DNA of 64,000 nt from Octopus vulgaris (lineage: Eukaryota), in contig OX597831.1 of NCBI GenBank assembly GCA_951406725.2, positions 12,586,001 through 12,650,000 on the forward strand, read 5' to 3'. The notes beneath the pieces were generated by a model. It was not told the origin of the DNA. It worked only from the letters and a program-made list of their open reading frames with translations, and searched no databases. The first letter of the stretch is position 1; every line of letters starts with the position of its first letter. Of the stretch, positions 13,451 through 28,980 are shown in pieces. Made by a program: the position numbers and the translations under genes.

Positions 13451-15608
13451 GTTCAACACTACGAGCTAATTTAAAATACAAGAAGAAAATGAATGAGTTT
13501 GGGAAAAGAAAACAAATATAAGGAATTAACTTAAATATTAGAGAAAAAAATTTCTCAGAACAAGACAAATTAGCTTCTTTGGAGGTAGGAAATCCAAACT
13601 GTGGAATCATGGTAGTTTATTATAAGAAGAACAGCTCGTAAAAGATTTTCTAAAAGTCATGGAATTAAAATAACAACATGTTTATCTATGTAACATATCA
13701 GTTATATTCTGTTTTGTGTTTTGACAAAGTGTTTTTTTAAACAAAATAGGGAATATTGTTTATATATTAACAGCATATTGAAAATTCACCCACACATATT
13801 CACTTATTAAAAGCAAAAAAAAAGATGTATAGTTATCTCATCACTGATACATTGACTTGTCTTAAAATGTAAATAGAAGCTAAGCAACAATCTCATATGA
13901 TACACAACAAATAATAATACTCTGATCTTTATAATTAAAATACTTATTAAGATAAGTAAAACAACATAAATGTTTTCAAGTAGCATAAGGAAAATGAAAG
14001 CTACTTCAAATTCAAAAGTGGTATTAAAAACTCATTAATTAACAGATATCCCTTAATTAATTTCATAAAGATTTAGACAATATTTATTAAAAATAGAAAA
14101 GACAAAAAAAAACTTTGAATTTCACTATTAATTGATAAGCAAAATATGAACCTTAAATTCAAATCTACATATGACCAGTTTATTAAGCTAAGTTAAAACG
14201 GAGACACCTGTGGAATTGATTAAACTAATTGGAAATCTAACAGCTTTTCTACTTCATTCTTTGCATCCTTCTTTTTGCTTTTTCTTTTCTTCTCCCAAGA
14301 ATGGCAATAATAGCAGCAATTTATTTTAATTGGTTTTACCTCAGAAAGTTGAAAATAGTGAAGGATAGATTTCCTTGAAGTAAAAATTTGTATTCTATTT
14401 AAAATTTGATATTTCAAAGAATTTATATAAACAATAAGTTTTTTTTAAGTTACTAAAATAACATTGCTTAAAGTTGTAGAACCTTAATTGTATAAAATAT
14501 CACAGCTTAAAGAGAAAGAGGGTATAAATAACAATTCATGTTATAATAAATATAAAAGTAGAAAATCTCAGCCATGAAAACTGAAATTTAAAAAAAAAAT
14601 CATAAACAAAACTGAAAATAAACAAAACAAAAAATCAAACCTATGATTAACTTAAAACCAAGTTGTCTGATGCAAAAATTTTCAAAATTTTGCACATATT
14701 GCTTTAGTTTATGGTATAATTTTAAATAATTCAATTTGTTTTAAATTTGGGATAAAAACCCATCAAATTTTATTATTTTTATTAACTTCTGGTTAAAAAA
14801 AAAGTGAATGTGTTGTGAATATTGATTTCTGCTAAAAGATATTATAAAATGATTCCAATTAATAAACCCCTATGTGCTAGGAGTTCTTTTCTTGTAATGA
14901 ACAATGCATTAGATAATGCTGGAATAAAAGTACATTTGGCATTGTCTAACATTTCAGCTGTATTTCAGTTGCTAAGGACTCAAAATTGATGGATTTGGAG
15001 TCGACAGAATATGCTAAAGAAAGAAAACCCACGATTTGTAAACAAACTGAAATAGCAGATAATATTGCATTCATAATTCTGATTTTCTCAATATTTAATC
15101 AGGACATATATATATAAAATGAACAAATATATAAAATAAAATAAAATAAACCAAATTTCACAAAACTAGGGCTATTAAACTAGGATTTTGCCATTATAAA
15201 ACTGATGAATTAACATAGAATTTTGATGAGGGGCTTTAATTTAAATCACTTTTAAACAAGAAATTTGTATTATATAACCAGGATGGTTTTGGACATGTTG
15301 GCTTCAAAAGGGTTAAAATATGAACTGATCATTTTGAAGAAATGACAAATTACATATATTTGTTAAAAAAAATAAATGAAAAGAAATAAAATCAAATGTC
15401 AAATTTATTTTAAAATATGGTCTTTTTATAATTATTTGTTGTAACTATATAAACAAAAACAATGTTTAAAAAATGAAAGAGATTAAAAAAATGTTGGTCC
15501 TATGTGTCAGTATGATGTCTAATAGCATCAACTATAAAAATATACTGGATCAAATTAACTGAGAAACAATTAATTGTTCATAGGAAATTAATTTTATTAA
15601 TTGTTTAA

Positions 15609-15815
15609 CCCACCTGAGACTGCCCCTTATTCTAGGAAACAAATTTCTAATTCTAAAATGATCTAAATTAAAACATTTCATCAAAATTTCATGTTCATTT
15701 ATATTTCAAACACTAAGTAAATAATGGCATGGTTATTTTACTAAATTCTTCATTATTTTCAAAATTAATTGAAGTCAAAGTGGTTTATTTCAACAGAAAT
15801 ATAATAACAAAATGG
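15609..15815. mobile_element. piggyBac-type MITE (TTAA-flanked family), degenerate copy
   Basis: TTAA-CCC start and GG-TTAA end; the body is shared with 19375-19591 and 32889-33106. Confidence 0.55.
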
Positions 15816-16300
15816 TTAACACTATAACATTAGAAATGTATGTTATATTAAAGCCTTCAAAAGCAATTTCAAAACAAAATTGGGGAATGGCTATAATTAT
15901 TTATCCAGAATAATTGGCGAAAATATCAGGAAATCTTCAAATCAACAGATAGGAAGTTACTAATATCACCGCATTAAACTCCTTAGAAATATTTCCACTG
16001 AAAAGTGCTTACTACTTCTGAAAGAACCACTTAATATGCATTAGGAGCCAATGTGAGCCTCTCTACATGATCATTCAATCTGCTAGAAGCAGCAACCAAA
16101 TTCTTTTAACTCATAACAAACAATAATAATATCTTAATATGTTATAGGCATCCAATGGACCAGTTCACTACATTTTCAATGACTGGGATAACAAGAAGGT
16201 GTCTGTGTAACTTGGTTAAGAACAAATATCTTAAGAGATTTCATTTGAAAATAGTTTAGTTATGTTCTCATTGATGTTTACATCTTTTGCTCAGAAACGT

Positions 16301-16345
<45 letters not shown>

Positions 16346-16574
16346 GGACTCCTGCATAATTTCCATTTACCAAATTGCACCTGTAAGGCATAAATCAATA
16401 TGAGACAACAATAGAAGGCACTTGCACAAGACACTACCCAATGGGACTGAACCCAGAACCATATGAATGCAAAAACATTTTTAAATGGAGCAAACTTATT
16501 AAGTATATAGTATATCTTTGTGTAAAATTGTACTGCTGACTAATACACTACCATGATATAACACCTGGACAGAA

Positions 16575-17210
16575 AGTACATAGCCAAATGGTTAAAGTGT
16601 TGGACTCATGATCATAATGCCATGGTTTTGATTCCTAGACTGAACAGCACACTGTGTTCTTAAGCAAAGTGCTTCATTTTTATGTTACTCTAATCCATTC
16701 AGCTTAAACTTAGCACCAGTAACATTGGAGGGTTGACCCTGTGATAGACTGGTATACTATTCAGGAATATGTATAATACTCTCAATTGTTTACATGCCAT
16801 AGCAACCAGGACAGGTTCCTCTCTAATGGGTTCAGGACAAACCTAACTAAGAGCTAACATCAGGATAGATATATCTTTTCATATAATTTTATGTTTATAA
16901 TTAGACATGTGAGAATATGTCGCCTAGTGGTTAGAGTGTAGCACTCTCAATCACTAGATCACGGGTTTGATTCCTAGACCAAGCAGTGTGTTGTGTTTAT
17001 GAGCAAAACACTTAATTTCACATTGCTTCAATTCATTTAGTTGTAAATCAGTAACTCTGTGAGAGACTAGCTTTCCAGTCAGTGGGGAATGTTGGCCTTT
17101 TCCCCTACACAGTGAGGTAGCATCATGCAAAAGCTAAAATGATACAAAGTGCATTGTGACTAGCAATGTATAACAATATCCGATAGTCAGGCTGATCACA
17201 TGATCATGTG
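16575..17210 (+). mobile_element. Two tRNA-derived SINEs with a CORE/V-like central domain
   Basis: Heads TGGTTAAAGTG/TAGTGGTTAGAG...TTTGATTCC, followed by variants of TGTGTTCTTGAGCAAAACACTTCATTTC. Related copies lie at about 24340-24570, 38510-38800 and 59715-59940. Confidence 0.7.
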
Positions 17211-18319
17211 ATAATTAAACATATTGGAATGGAAGTTTGGAATAATAAAAATGATAATAATAATAATATTTATATAAAAAATTAAGGAAGGTTGTACATG
17301 AATGCTTTATTGTATGAAAATTTAGATTTTCATTCAGCCATCAGATAGAAATGTAGAATGTTATATACTATATAATGATAAGATTTATATAACATCAAAA
17401 CATTTTCAAGTTCTAAATAATAAGCAAACAAGTTCCAGCAATTTGATGAATCAATAATACACTATAGATAAAAATCAAAAGTAAAAAAATGATATCTAAA
17501 TCACAAATAAATGTTCAATTTCCCTTATGTAATAAAATTTTTAATACATCTTTTTTAGTAAATAAAACATTTTATTTTTCTAGTCAAAATATGAAATTAT
17601 TAAAAGTTATGAACAAAATCTATAGACTTGTTAATGTACCAAACCAAAATGATTTTCCTGTTTATTATATCCATAATTGACATTTTTATCTTTTATGGTA
17701 CAAGCCTACCTCAGGTCATTTTCAGTTCTATGATACAAAATTTCTTGTTTTAAAGTATTTGCAATAAAATTAATACCTACTCTCATAATTGTATGTATTT
17801 TTTTTTTGTTTTGTTTTAAACACTAGGTTGATAATAAAAGAAAACAATTGTTATTTCATAATGACCACCAAATTCATTATTTTCAAAATTAAATATAGGT
17901 GGTAGGTTTCATTAAAAATTCAATTGCAAGAGAGTTGATTAAGATCAAATATTATTTTCTTTCTTAACTTGTAAAGCTAAGGAATAACTCACAAAATACT
18001 AAAAACAATATTTACATTTGAAATCCAAATTATCAAATTGATAAAACATAGACATCAGAATTATCAGCATAACTCATCTCTTAAAAAAAGGTGTTAAAAA
18101 TGATTTTAATACCTTTTAACATGGAAGAAAACTGAAAATCTATATGAACACAGAATTATTAACTAAATATAGATAGTATATAATTATGTTGAATGAAACA
18201 ATAAGCATGTTTATTGCATTAGATATTGATTTCGTTTAACACTGGGACAAAACAACTTCCAAAACATGGCACAAGACCAACTCAGAACTTCAGTGATACT
18301 TATGGCTTATTTATTTATT

Positions 18320-18720
18320 TATCCTTTATCTTCTACTAGTTTCAGTTATTAAACTGTGGCCATACTGGTGCACTGACTTAAAGAAATTTTAGCTGACTGA
18401 ATCAACTCCAATACTTTTTTTTTTTTTGTTTAAACCTCGTACTTATTCTATAAGTTTTCTTTTGCCAAACTGCTAGATTATAGGGATGTAAACACACCAA
18501 CACCAGTTGTCAAGCAATGCTGGTGGGATAAACACAGACACAAAGACACACACACACGCGTATATGATGGGCTTCTTTCAGGTTCCATTTTCCAACTCCC
18601 CTTGCAAGGCTTTGGTCAACCCGGGACTATTGTAGAAAACCCAAGGTGCCAAGCAATAGGACTGAACTCAGAACCATGTGACTGGGTAGCAAGCTTCTTA
18701 TCACACACTGGCAGTTGTGC
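18320..18720 (-). mobile_element. Abundant octopus-type tRNA-SINE with an internal (TG)n tract
   Basis: Reverse-complement homolog of the copy at 38071-38470. Confidence 0.7.
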
Positions 18721-19374
18721 CTTTATTTATTTTAAAATAAAGTGAACAGAAAACCAAGTCAAACACAGAATGTAAAGGGATGTAACAAAACAGCAATTTC
18801 TAATTCAGGCACAAGGCCACAAATCCTCAAGAAAATCACCTTCAGGTTTAACATATCCTTTTCCTAGTTTGCATGCATCGGATGGAATTTGTTGAGGTAG
18901 ATTATCTACAGTGAGATACACTTCTTGTTGCCAAACCACACTTATTTCCAAACTAGGTTATGATATTTACACTCATTTAAAATTATTGTGCAATATCAAT
19001 GTAAGGAGACACGCACACATCCACACATACATAAATACAGGACAGGCTTCTTTCAGTTTCTATCTAGGAAATTCTCTTACAAGGCTTTATTAGGCCTGAG
19101 GCTACAGTGGAAGACACTTGTCCAGGGTACCATGCAGTGATACAGAACACAGAACAATGTGGCTGTGAAGCAAAATTCTTACCACACAGCCATGGTTGCA
19201 CTTAGTTTACATCCAAAGAGTAAAGAAAATAGTTTTTTTAATTATTTGATAAACAATATTTATGTATGTGTTAAAATATTTAATGCAGGGAGCATCATAA
19301 GTTCATAAATTATCTTTTTTATTAATACCAGAACATTTCACTTATTTTATTAGATTAGTTTTAAATCTAATTAA

Positions 19375-19591
19375 CTTTTTTGATACCCACCCAGCTGAGA
19401 CCATTTCTGGTTCTATGATATAAACTTCCTGCTTAAAGCTATTGGAATTAACCTTCCGTCAAAACGTCATGTCAATTTATGTTTCAAACACCAGCTTGAT
19501 AAATGCCCAAGTTATTTGACTAAACTCTTCATTATTTTAAAATTAAATCACGAAGGCTGTGTATTTCAACAGAAATCAGGCAAGGAAAGGG
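19375..19591. mobile_element. piggyBac-type MITE
   Basis: TTAA at 19371-19374 and 19592-19595, ends GAAAGGG, body homologous to 32889-33106. Confidence 0.65.
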
Positions 19592-22500
19592 TTAAGTACA
19601 CATTTATAACACACAATGCATGTTTGATTACATAAGTACTTCTAGTATGAACTTCACAGTCTGAAATATATGCTAAAGAAATTATATCAGACTACAATAT
19701 TAATTAACAGAACCTTTATCAATATGTTCATCTTAAAAGTTCTCAAAAGAAAAGAATTACATTTATTATCTTTCCTATGTTAAATTTTCATATTACCTGT
19801 TGTACATGGATGAAAACTTTATATTTGACAGCCTTATCCCCTGAACAATAGAATTATAGATGACATACATTTTCATTGTTTTATTTCAAGAAAGCATGAA
19901 TAAAATTGATTTCAGATTAAATTCTTTTTTCATGATTATTTTTACTCAGAATGAATACAGATTCATTAATAAATTAGATATTGCACATTCTTAACCAAGT
20001 GTTTTCTTTTAAATTAGCATCTGAAAATACAGAACAGATGATTATCCTTAGAGGATGTATATTGCTCACAGCTAGGTTTCAGATATTGAGCATTGAGTTA
20101 CAATTATAAACTAATTCCACAAGCATGAAAAAGTATCTAATTTTGTACCTTATGTAAAGATATAAAATATGCAAACCAATTAGTCTCAAAGGACCTGTTG
20201 GCAAAATTCATTTGTACAGTCTTATATGATAATTAAATTTTCAGAGACACCTAACTTTCTGAAATTACTTTTGTATTTACAATTATTGCTTTTACAGATG
20301 GCTTTTCTGAGAAGTTAATGCAAAAATATATGTACTTATTGGCATTGGCATAGCAATGGGGTTAACATTCCACAGTGCAGCCCCTTTGGCAGGTGTCTTC
20401 TGCTATATTGCCTTTGGTTGACCAATGACATGTGAATGGGATTTGATAGACAGAAACAGTGCGCAACCTACCATGTGTGTGTGTGTGTATGTGTGTGTGT
20501 GTGTGTGTGCACACGCATGTGGGCGTGTGTGTGTATCCCCCTTTATATCCTCACAATTAAAACTTAGTCATTTATAGTTGTAAATACGACTGATAAATAC
20601 CAAATGTGAAGTAAGCAGTGGTGGGGACATATTATTTAACTAAAACCCATGCAGGCAATACCATAGTATAGCTACAGTTTAATGACTGCAACTAATATGC
20701 AAGTTACACACACGCACAAACATCCCTCTCAGTAGAGGGATCTTTGTCTTGTAAGTTACTTGGTGACCTTGCTGGTACTTGTGCCATGTAAAAATCACCT
20801 AGTACACTCTGTAAAGTGGTAGGTATTAGAAAGGGCATCTAGCTATAGAAACCAAGTCAAATCAAAAAGTAGAGCTTGGTGCAGTCTTCTGATTTGCCAG
20901 CTCCTCTCAGAGTGTATGTTCAATGCCAGTAGGAAGAGAGGGCATTAAATGATGATGATATTGGTACAATAGAAATTGAAATTTAGGATTTAAATCAACA
21001 GTACCACAAGTTAGGTATATGTTAGACTTATCGGCAACATCAACAACATTATTCATGTGGCCATCAATAATGCTTTCAACTTCAATTTAGTCTGAGTGAA
21101 CAGTGTTGATGTTTTACTGTAGGTTAACCCTAACCAGAATGGCCTATGATCTAAGGATCAAAGATATTTCAGTAAACTTGGCCATTCAGAGAAAATCTGT
21201 TCTTTCCTCCTTTTTGATACAATAGAGAATAATTTGAGGGAGATTTGGACGCCATTTCAGGTACATTATATGTCATCCCTTGTTAGTTCATGTTCCTCTT
21301 TAGACTGAGTGATCTTAGCAGTCCTTAGGTCTGATTAAAACGACTATCTCAAAAAACTTTCATTGGTTCACCTCTCTGGATTCAACTACAACCCAATTAT
21401 TTCAGTCCATTTTTTTCATCTAAAATAGATGGACAGAAACATTTAAATTGTAGTGGTATTAACATTGACAAGAATTATATTTGCAAAATGTTATGCTCAC
21501 ATTCACATTTGTCAAGTTGAAATAATAAAGTCAAATATAAAGATGGGTATGTGAAATGGTTCATAATTCAGATACCAGACAATGAGAGAAAGTTAGTTGA
21601 TGCCATCAACCAATTAACTTGACTGTTACTTTATTTTATTGATCCTGTAAGAATGAAAAGCAAAGTTGATAGTGGTTAGATTAGAAACTAGAATGCAAAG
21701 AGTCCTAACAAGCATTTTTTTCTGATGCTTTAATGAATTTGATAATCCGCCATATATAAAATGAAAGAACTCCATAAAAATAGCTGATTGCTAATTCAGA
21801 GTGCTGACGGTATAAATAAAATCTCAAAGTATTTGGAGTTAGAAATGAGAAATAATGAGTCTTTGTACAAGTATAGAGAGCACCAAAGTAAAAAGTGTTC
21901 ATAATACTTCATGCTATTGACAATTTTGGAGCATATGTATCTATTGAAATGCTAAGTTTATGACAAAAAAAAAAAAAATGTTCAGAACTGGTCAAAACTG
22001 AAAACTATGAAATGCTTCCTATTTTAAGCTTCACCATTTCAAAAATATATTACAGACATGAATGTGGTGTTATAATTGGGAAGCTTGTTATGGTGAAATT
22101 AGGTGCTGCTATGCTTATTTTAGAACAAGTCATAGTAATAATAGATTTTTCCAAAGAATGAATTATTCAGAGACAGTGTTTATATACAATTAAAAGAGAA
22201 AACAATATATAAGTTAGTGTTAACATATTTAACATATCATCATCAGATATTAGAAAGCTAACTAAAAATAAACAAGTGGAGGAAATGCATATTATTTCCA
22301 TATTTTCCAGGCAGATACACGAAAAAATAGCATTAACATTTTTAATGCATGAAGCATTAAAAAGCTAACTAGAAATAAAAAATAGATAAATATGTGATGT
22401 GGAAAATATTTTATTAGTCAATTACTAAATTATATTTTCAATTTTCTGGGTAATTATGAAAGACAATTCTAGATAGATTTAAACCTTATTCTGAACTCCT

Positions 22501-23049
22501 CATAACAAACAAAACAAAGCAAAAATAAACAGCTTTCTCATACTAAGGTAGCAATGAATGAATCACCAAGTAAATATATATTGTTGTACATTTATTGACA
22601 TAGGAATATATAATTGTTTTGAGAATAAATAATTCAGAAATGCTATTTAGTGGTGTATTCAGTGGTAACAATGAATGCTTTAATGGTGCAGTAAGATCTC
22701 AGATAGACTGGAAATAAGGACTTGGGATACACCAGACGTCATTCAGTAAGCTTTAATAGCATAAATATCCATCAACAGCAAGCTATAAATGCTAAGCCAG
22801 CTTTTTAAGATTACAAGTTTCTTGCTGTTTAGCCTTAGGTCAGTCCTGGCTAAAAAGCTCTATGATCAAGGGCCTTCCAAACATGGCTAACTAGTCTTCC
22901 TTTTGGATTTATTCACTAAGATTAGGATTTAATGTGTGCTTCTTTCTTTATTTGTTTTTTCAAGAAGGTAGGTATAATTTGAAGGATATTTGCTTGCTAT
23001 TTCTAGCTAATCAAGTAATCATATAAAGGTACTTCTATTGGTTTATTTG

Positions 23050-23450
23050 GCGGCAGTTCTCATATTTGGGTGAAATAATGAATGCTGGAGCCAATGTTGT
23101 TTAAAAAGAATGTAGAGAAGTCTAGAAGACAGTTAGTGCTGTTGGCAAATAGGTTTTTGCTTCCATAAAAAACAAAATAATAAAATGACTGTAAAAAGTG
23201 TGATGGCATACATAACAGAACATGTGTAAATTAATGCCAAGGACCTGCATGAATTGGTGAGGAATGCGTTTAGTTATGTTCTGTCTGATGTGTAAAGCTA
23301 ACTTGCTGCAAAGAAGTACTGCAACGTGAATTGTGATATAAGAGACAGAGGATCAAATGCATTAAGTGATGTGTGTCACTGATGACTGATAACTGCTTTT
23401 GTTTGCAGGGGTTTGTAATGTGAATAGAGTGAAAAGAGAACTAGTACAAT
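23050..23450 (+). mobile_element. Ancient RTE-clade LINE ORF fragment
   Basis: Degenerate QFSYLGEIMNAG and VKSVMAY...NAKDLHELVRN resemble the RTE motifs FCYLGD and CVRSVMLYGSETW...EDLHRLERN. Confidence 0.4.
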
Positions 23451-25090
23451 ACAATAGTAAACCAATTTGATTGTTGTTGCTACTGCTGCTACTGTTTAAC
23501 CCAAGGTCAGCCATGATCAAGCAGACAATGATCAAAAGCATTCCAATTGTGAAACTCGTCCATTTTTAAAAGGTGAAGTGAGATTTAAGGAAAATTTGGC
23601 TGCTATTTATTTCAAGCAGGTTGATCAATGGCGTAGAGACTTCCTTGCTGTCTCATAAAACAGATTTGATGTGAACTGGTGATAAATTTTAAATGGTGTG
23701 AAAATAATAGACAGAATTAAAGATGTCTAGTAAGAACAGCATCATGTCAGCATAGCAATATTTCTGAAAAATTAATAGCAATATTTTCAATCTTTGACAC
23801 AATTAACTACCAAACTGTCTGGCTGAAATATGCTACATTGTAACCCCACATTGCTGGCAAGACCATGTAACTATAAAGTTTGCTTTGCAATATTAAGCTG
23901 CCACGTTCGATTTCCACTGTGGCTTTCATGATTTGTGTGATAGATTCAGATCAAATGAAATATTGGTTTCCAATTTTGGCACAAAGCCAGCAAGTTAAGG
24001 AGAGGGGGGTGAGTCAATTATATTGACCCTAATGTTCAACTGGTTCTTATTTTATCAGCCCTAAGAGGATGAAAGGCAAAGACAAACCTGGTGGCATGAA
24101 CTCAGAACATGAAGTCAGAAGAAATGCTGCTAAGCACTTTTTTTTCAGCATGTTAATGATTTTGCCAGAAATTGCATTGATGAACACTGCATGAAAGTTC
24201 ATCGTTAGGACTTTACATGTATTCAAACTTTCATGCTAAGTCAATCTAAGTATTATTTTAATGGTACAATTGTATGTGGAATACTCAGCCACTCGCACTA
24301 TAATTCAGCAATGGTATATGCTGATGGAAAAAAAAGTGGGGCATGTGGCTTAGTGGTTAGGGTGTACGACTGTGATTTTGATTCCTGGGCCAGGTGATGC
24401 ATTGAGTTCTTGAGCAAAACACTTCATTTCATGCTGCTCCAGTCCATTCAGCAGGTAAAAGCGAGTATTCCTGCAGTGAGTTAGCCTCTCATCCAGGGGG
24501 AAGAATATGTGCCAGAAGATCTGGGGAACCATCCCTATGAATCTATTTAATTCACAAAGGACCTTTATCTTTATTCTTTAAATGACTAACAGTTACCTGA
24601 TAAACAAATCAGGGTTTTGAGAAGTTTTGGTAGAGGCTACTGAGATTGCAAAGAACTAAAGATGCTACAAAGCTTAGAGAGAGACAAAATAAGTTATGAA
24701 TAAGAGAAAGAAATGACAGCTTGGAATGAAATCCAAGAAAAGGTATTGCAAAATCCAAAGTGGAAATTCAAGCAAGTTTTTTACCCTGCTGTTTCAGACA
24801 TGGCCATTATCTGTTGAAGAAAGATTCCAACAGTACAATATAATTTCCTATTTGGCTTCATACATGATACATACAAACTGAAAGAGTAATATGCTAATGA
24901 TGTACCTTAGAGTCATACGAATCTGGAAAAAGTGAAGAATAATAGACACAAAAGTGCAGATGTATTTATACTGTCAACATATAGCAATAGATTGTTGAGT
25001 ACTTTTATTCATACTATGAAAATATTCTTGATAATATATTCTAAGGACTCCCCTCACACCACCTGATGTTCAAAATGTATATATAATTAA

Positions 25091-25312
25091 CCCCATTGAG
25101 ACAGCCAGGCTGATTGATTAGCCCAAGTGATGATACAAGCTGAAAGGATTTTGAGGCTGATCCATTGGCCCAATAGAACAAGTGTGAATGAATGGTTGGT
25201 TTTGAAGTGTAATGACTAATTGGAGATCACCTTTCAGTATATGTACCTCAAAATAAAAAAAAAGGCTTGCTCTTTTTGGCTACACACACAAAAACACTGT
25301 GTCTCAAAAGGG
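25091..25312. mobile_element. piggyBac-type MITE, second family
   Basis: TTAA|CCCCATTGAGACA ... TGTCTCAAAAGGG|TTAA: imperfect 13-bp TIRs with a TTAA target duplication. Confidence 0.7.
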
Positions 25313-26509
25313 TTAACAATGATGCATAAGAGATCAGTTGGCTTGGCGAAATATCAATTGAACATGCTCAGGCATTATTAACACTTGAGCTGATTGAATT
25401 GGTAACAAAATTTGCAAAGGAAAATCCATACAAAACAAGACAGTCAAGTACTTGAAATTGAAACTTTTATGAGACATATTTTAACAACACATTTCACAAA
25501 ATTATTACCTTCAACAAAGAGGTTATGTTTTTAACCATGTTCGTCTAATTTTCATTTTATTTGTTTCTCTGTCAGGCTGTAAGTAAAATATTGTCTTGAC
25601 ATGAGAGGTCAGTTATGCCAAGTAACCTTAAAAAGTATATAGACTTAAAGGTGTGTGAAGCGAAAGGTTTTAATGCTATGTTGCCTTTGAAAGAAAAATG
25701 CATTCTACCTGAGAGCCCTTTAGTTCAAAGTGATGTGTGTGCCAAAATATTTTCTTTTGTATTCGAGAAAGATAATCTAAGACTAATGTATTATTTATTC
25801 TTGATAGCTAGTTATACAGGACACTCAGGAAAAAAAGTAAATAAATTGTAATCATCATCTCATCTCAATCAATCAATCAATATATCCATTGATACTTATT
25901 TATCTTCAGACAGTTGAGTTGACACACATATTTAACTGATGGGACGGCTGCTGAGTGAGTAGAGTTTTGTTTTGTTTTCTGATTAAGCGTATCATTGAAA
26001 CCTGTTTTCTATAGAAAGTAAAATGAAACAGCACTTTTGCTAATGAATTTTTACTGGATATCATCCCTGTCTCACACCAGCATATTCTCTCTTATGTTTA
26101 TTTTCCTGAGAGACTCAAAGTAAGAGAAGAGATGAATGGAGGCTAAAACAAATTTTTAAAAAATACGAAAAGGATAAAAGTCCTGAATCTGTGAAAAGGG
26201 TTTGTGTTGGCAACAATAATCCAAAAGTGAGTTTGTAGAATGTCAATAAGCTTGATGGGCATGGGGAGTGGAAACTGTAAAAGTTTCCTGGGTAGAATTC
26301 CCATTCCTTGTGGTAATCAAATATATTATTCATGCAAAACAAAGCTTAACAGTGCAGCATTTAAAGTTTTCCACATTGAACAACTGAGTCTCCACACTGA
26401 GTTTCCACACTGGATAATGGAGGCCTCTGCTATGCCACACGACCAGCTAAAAATAGCAGCCAAATAATTTATATATCAGTTTGTTTTTTTTTAAAGATGA
26501 TTAATGGTC

Positions 26510-26940
26510 ACAAGCATGGCTATGTGGCTTGCTTTCCAGCTGCATGGTTTCAGGTTCAATCCCACTGAACATTATTTTAAGCATCTGTCTTCTAGCATAA
26601 TCCCGAATCAAACAATGCCTTGTGAGTGGAACTGGTAGAAGGAAACTGAAAGAAGCCTGTCATGTGTGTGTGTGTGTGTGTGTGTAGGTATGTGTGAGTG
26701 TGTGTGTGTTTGTTTCTCCTTGTCTTCACAGTGAGATAATTGTAAATGGGTGCCACTGTTATACAAGCGTGGTTGTTCATTTCCAGTCTTCCATGGAAAC
26801 ACATCTGGCCAAGGGGAAATATCATGTAAATAGGAAACAAGGAAGGGTTGGTGACAGGAAGAGCATCTGACTGTAGATAATAAACCCCATCCAGCCTATG
26901 CAAGCATGAGTAAGTGGACTCTAAAACAGTGACGATGCTT
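26510..26940 (+). mobile_element. Octopus-type tRNA-SINE with (TG)n and an RTE-like 3' tail
   Basis: Head GGTTCAATCCCACTG, body GCCTTGTGAGTGGAACTGGTAGAAGGAAACTGAAAGAAGCC, tail CCTATGCAAGCATG. Confidence 0.6.
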
Positions 26941-27416
26941 GAAGAGGATGTAGCTGCTCTTTAAAATAAAAAAAATGACAACATGGGGAGTAATCATAAT
27001 CTTAGAAATTCACTTATATGGATAAAAGACAGGATGGTCATGGATGGAATGTCAATGACCTAAGGTCTACTCAATTAGGGCCAATCAAGTGCTAAATAAT
27101 AATGAAATTAAATCATGCTGAAGTGTATAGAATGAGCTAATAGGAAAAGTTCCTGTTTGTTGTAGTGTGCCCAAAGAGAAAATTATTTGATTGAATTTGA
27201 TCGTTTATTAAAAAGGAGATAATGTAATGAAAAAGAAAACAAAACGTGGGGGTGGCGGCTGGGGGTGGGGGAACCATAAAATATCAGCTTTGTATTTCAG
27301 CAGAGCAAAACCATTTTTGCTTAGATTTTCATTTAAAAGGGGTTTCATACAACAAACAATGTGTTTTGTAAAGTAAAACAAATGTACACAGCATGTGTAT
27401 GAGTAGGTAGAGGGGT

Positions 27417-27451
<35 letters not shown>

Positions 27452-28089
27452 CACAGGCAGAATGAGGTAGAAAGACAGAGAGGAAAGAAAAAAAATGTTC
27501 TCCATGTTCAATTATAACATGGATAGATTAGTGTGTGTGTGTGTGTGTGTGTGTATACATGCGTAAATGAAACAGAAAGAAAATGCCATGAGAAAACAAA
27601 ATGGTGAGTAGAAAGAGAAACAAAGAGAAGAGGGAAGAGGAGAAGAAAGACAGAAAGTTTGTTCTTGGTAGAGTTCAATAACATCACAGAGATCAGTGAG
27701 TGTGTGTGTGTGTGTTTACAATGTGTGCATGTATTTGCATGTTGTGTGTATGCATTTTTATGTGTATGGGATGTATGTGTTTGCGTTCATGCTCATATGC
27801 GTATTTATATGTGTGCATATGTTTATGTTTGTACATGCAAGTATGCATATATAGTTACATATGTGTGCATGTATGAGTTGTGTGAATATATACATGAGAA
27901 AGAGAGAGAGAGAGAAAGAAGAGGAGAGAATGAGTCAGAGAGAGAGGGAAAAGAGGAAAAGTGAAAGAGACAAAATACATGTTACCTAGTGTTCAATATC
28001 ATGGACAAATAAAGTGTGTACATGCATATGTGCAAGTGCTTGTGTACACACATGCGTTAGTGAAAGAAAGTGTCAAGGGGGCTCATAAT

Positions 28090-28121
<32 letters not shown>

Positions 28122-28203
28122 AATGTAGAAAGGGTGAGTGAGGAAGGAAATGAAAGTATGCTCTCCCTAGCGTTCATTAATATCAGTCATATTAGTGCAT
28201 GTG

Positions 28204-28240
<37 letters not shown>

Positions 28241-28392
28241 GAGGGAGAGAGAGAGGGTAAAGAGAGGAAAGCAACAGAGTGTGAAAGGACAAAGAAAACC
28301 AGAAGAGGGAGAGTGAGAGACTGAAAAGAGAAAAGAGAAAGTATGTTCTCCATAGAACTCAATAATATCAGAGAATATTGCATACATGCATG

Positions 28393-28429
<37 letters not shown>

Positions 28430-28622
28430 TTACACGTACACAATTAGGTTGAAAATTAATGGATGTTAAATGCAATCAGCATTTTTGTACAATGCTCATT
28501 TAGGATTTATTTACAAAGACATTGAAAGATGTAATATAACTCTGAAAAAGAATAAAAAAACGTTAAGTGTTGCTTTCAGTTATACAGCTCTAAAAATAGG
28601 GTGTTTTATACACATGATGAGA

Positions 28623-28980
<358 letters not shown>
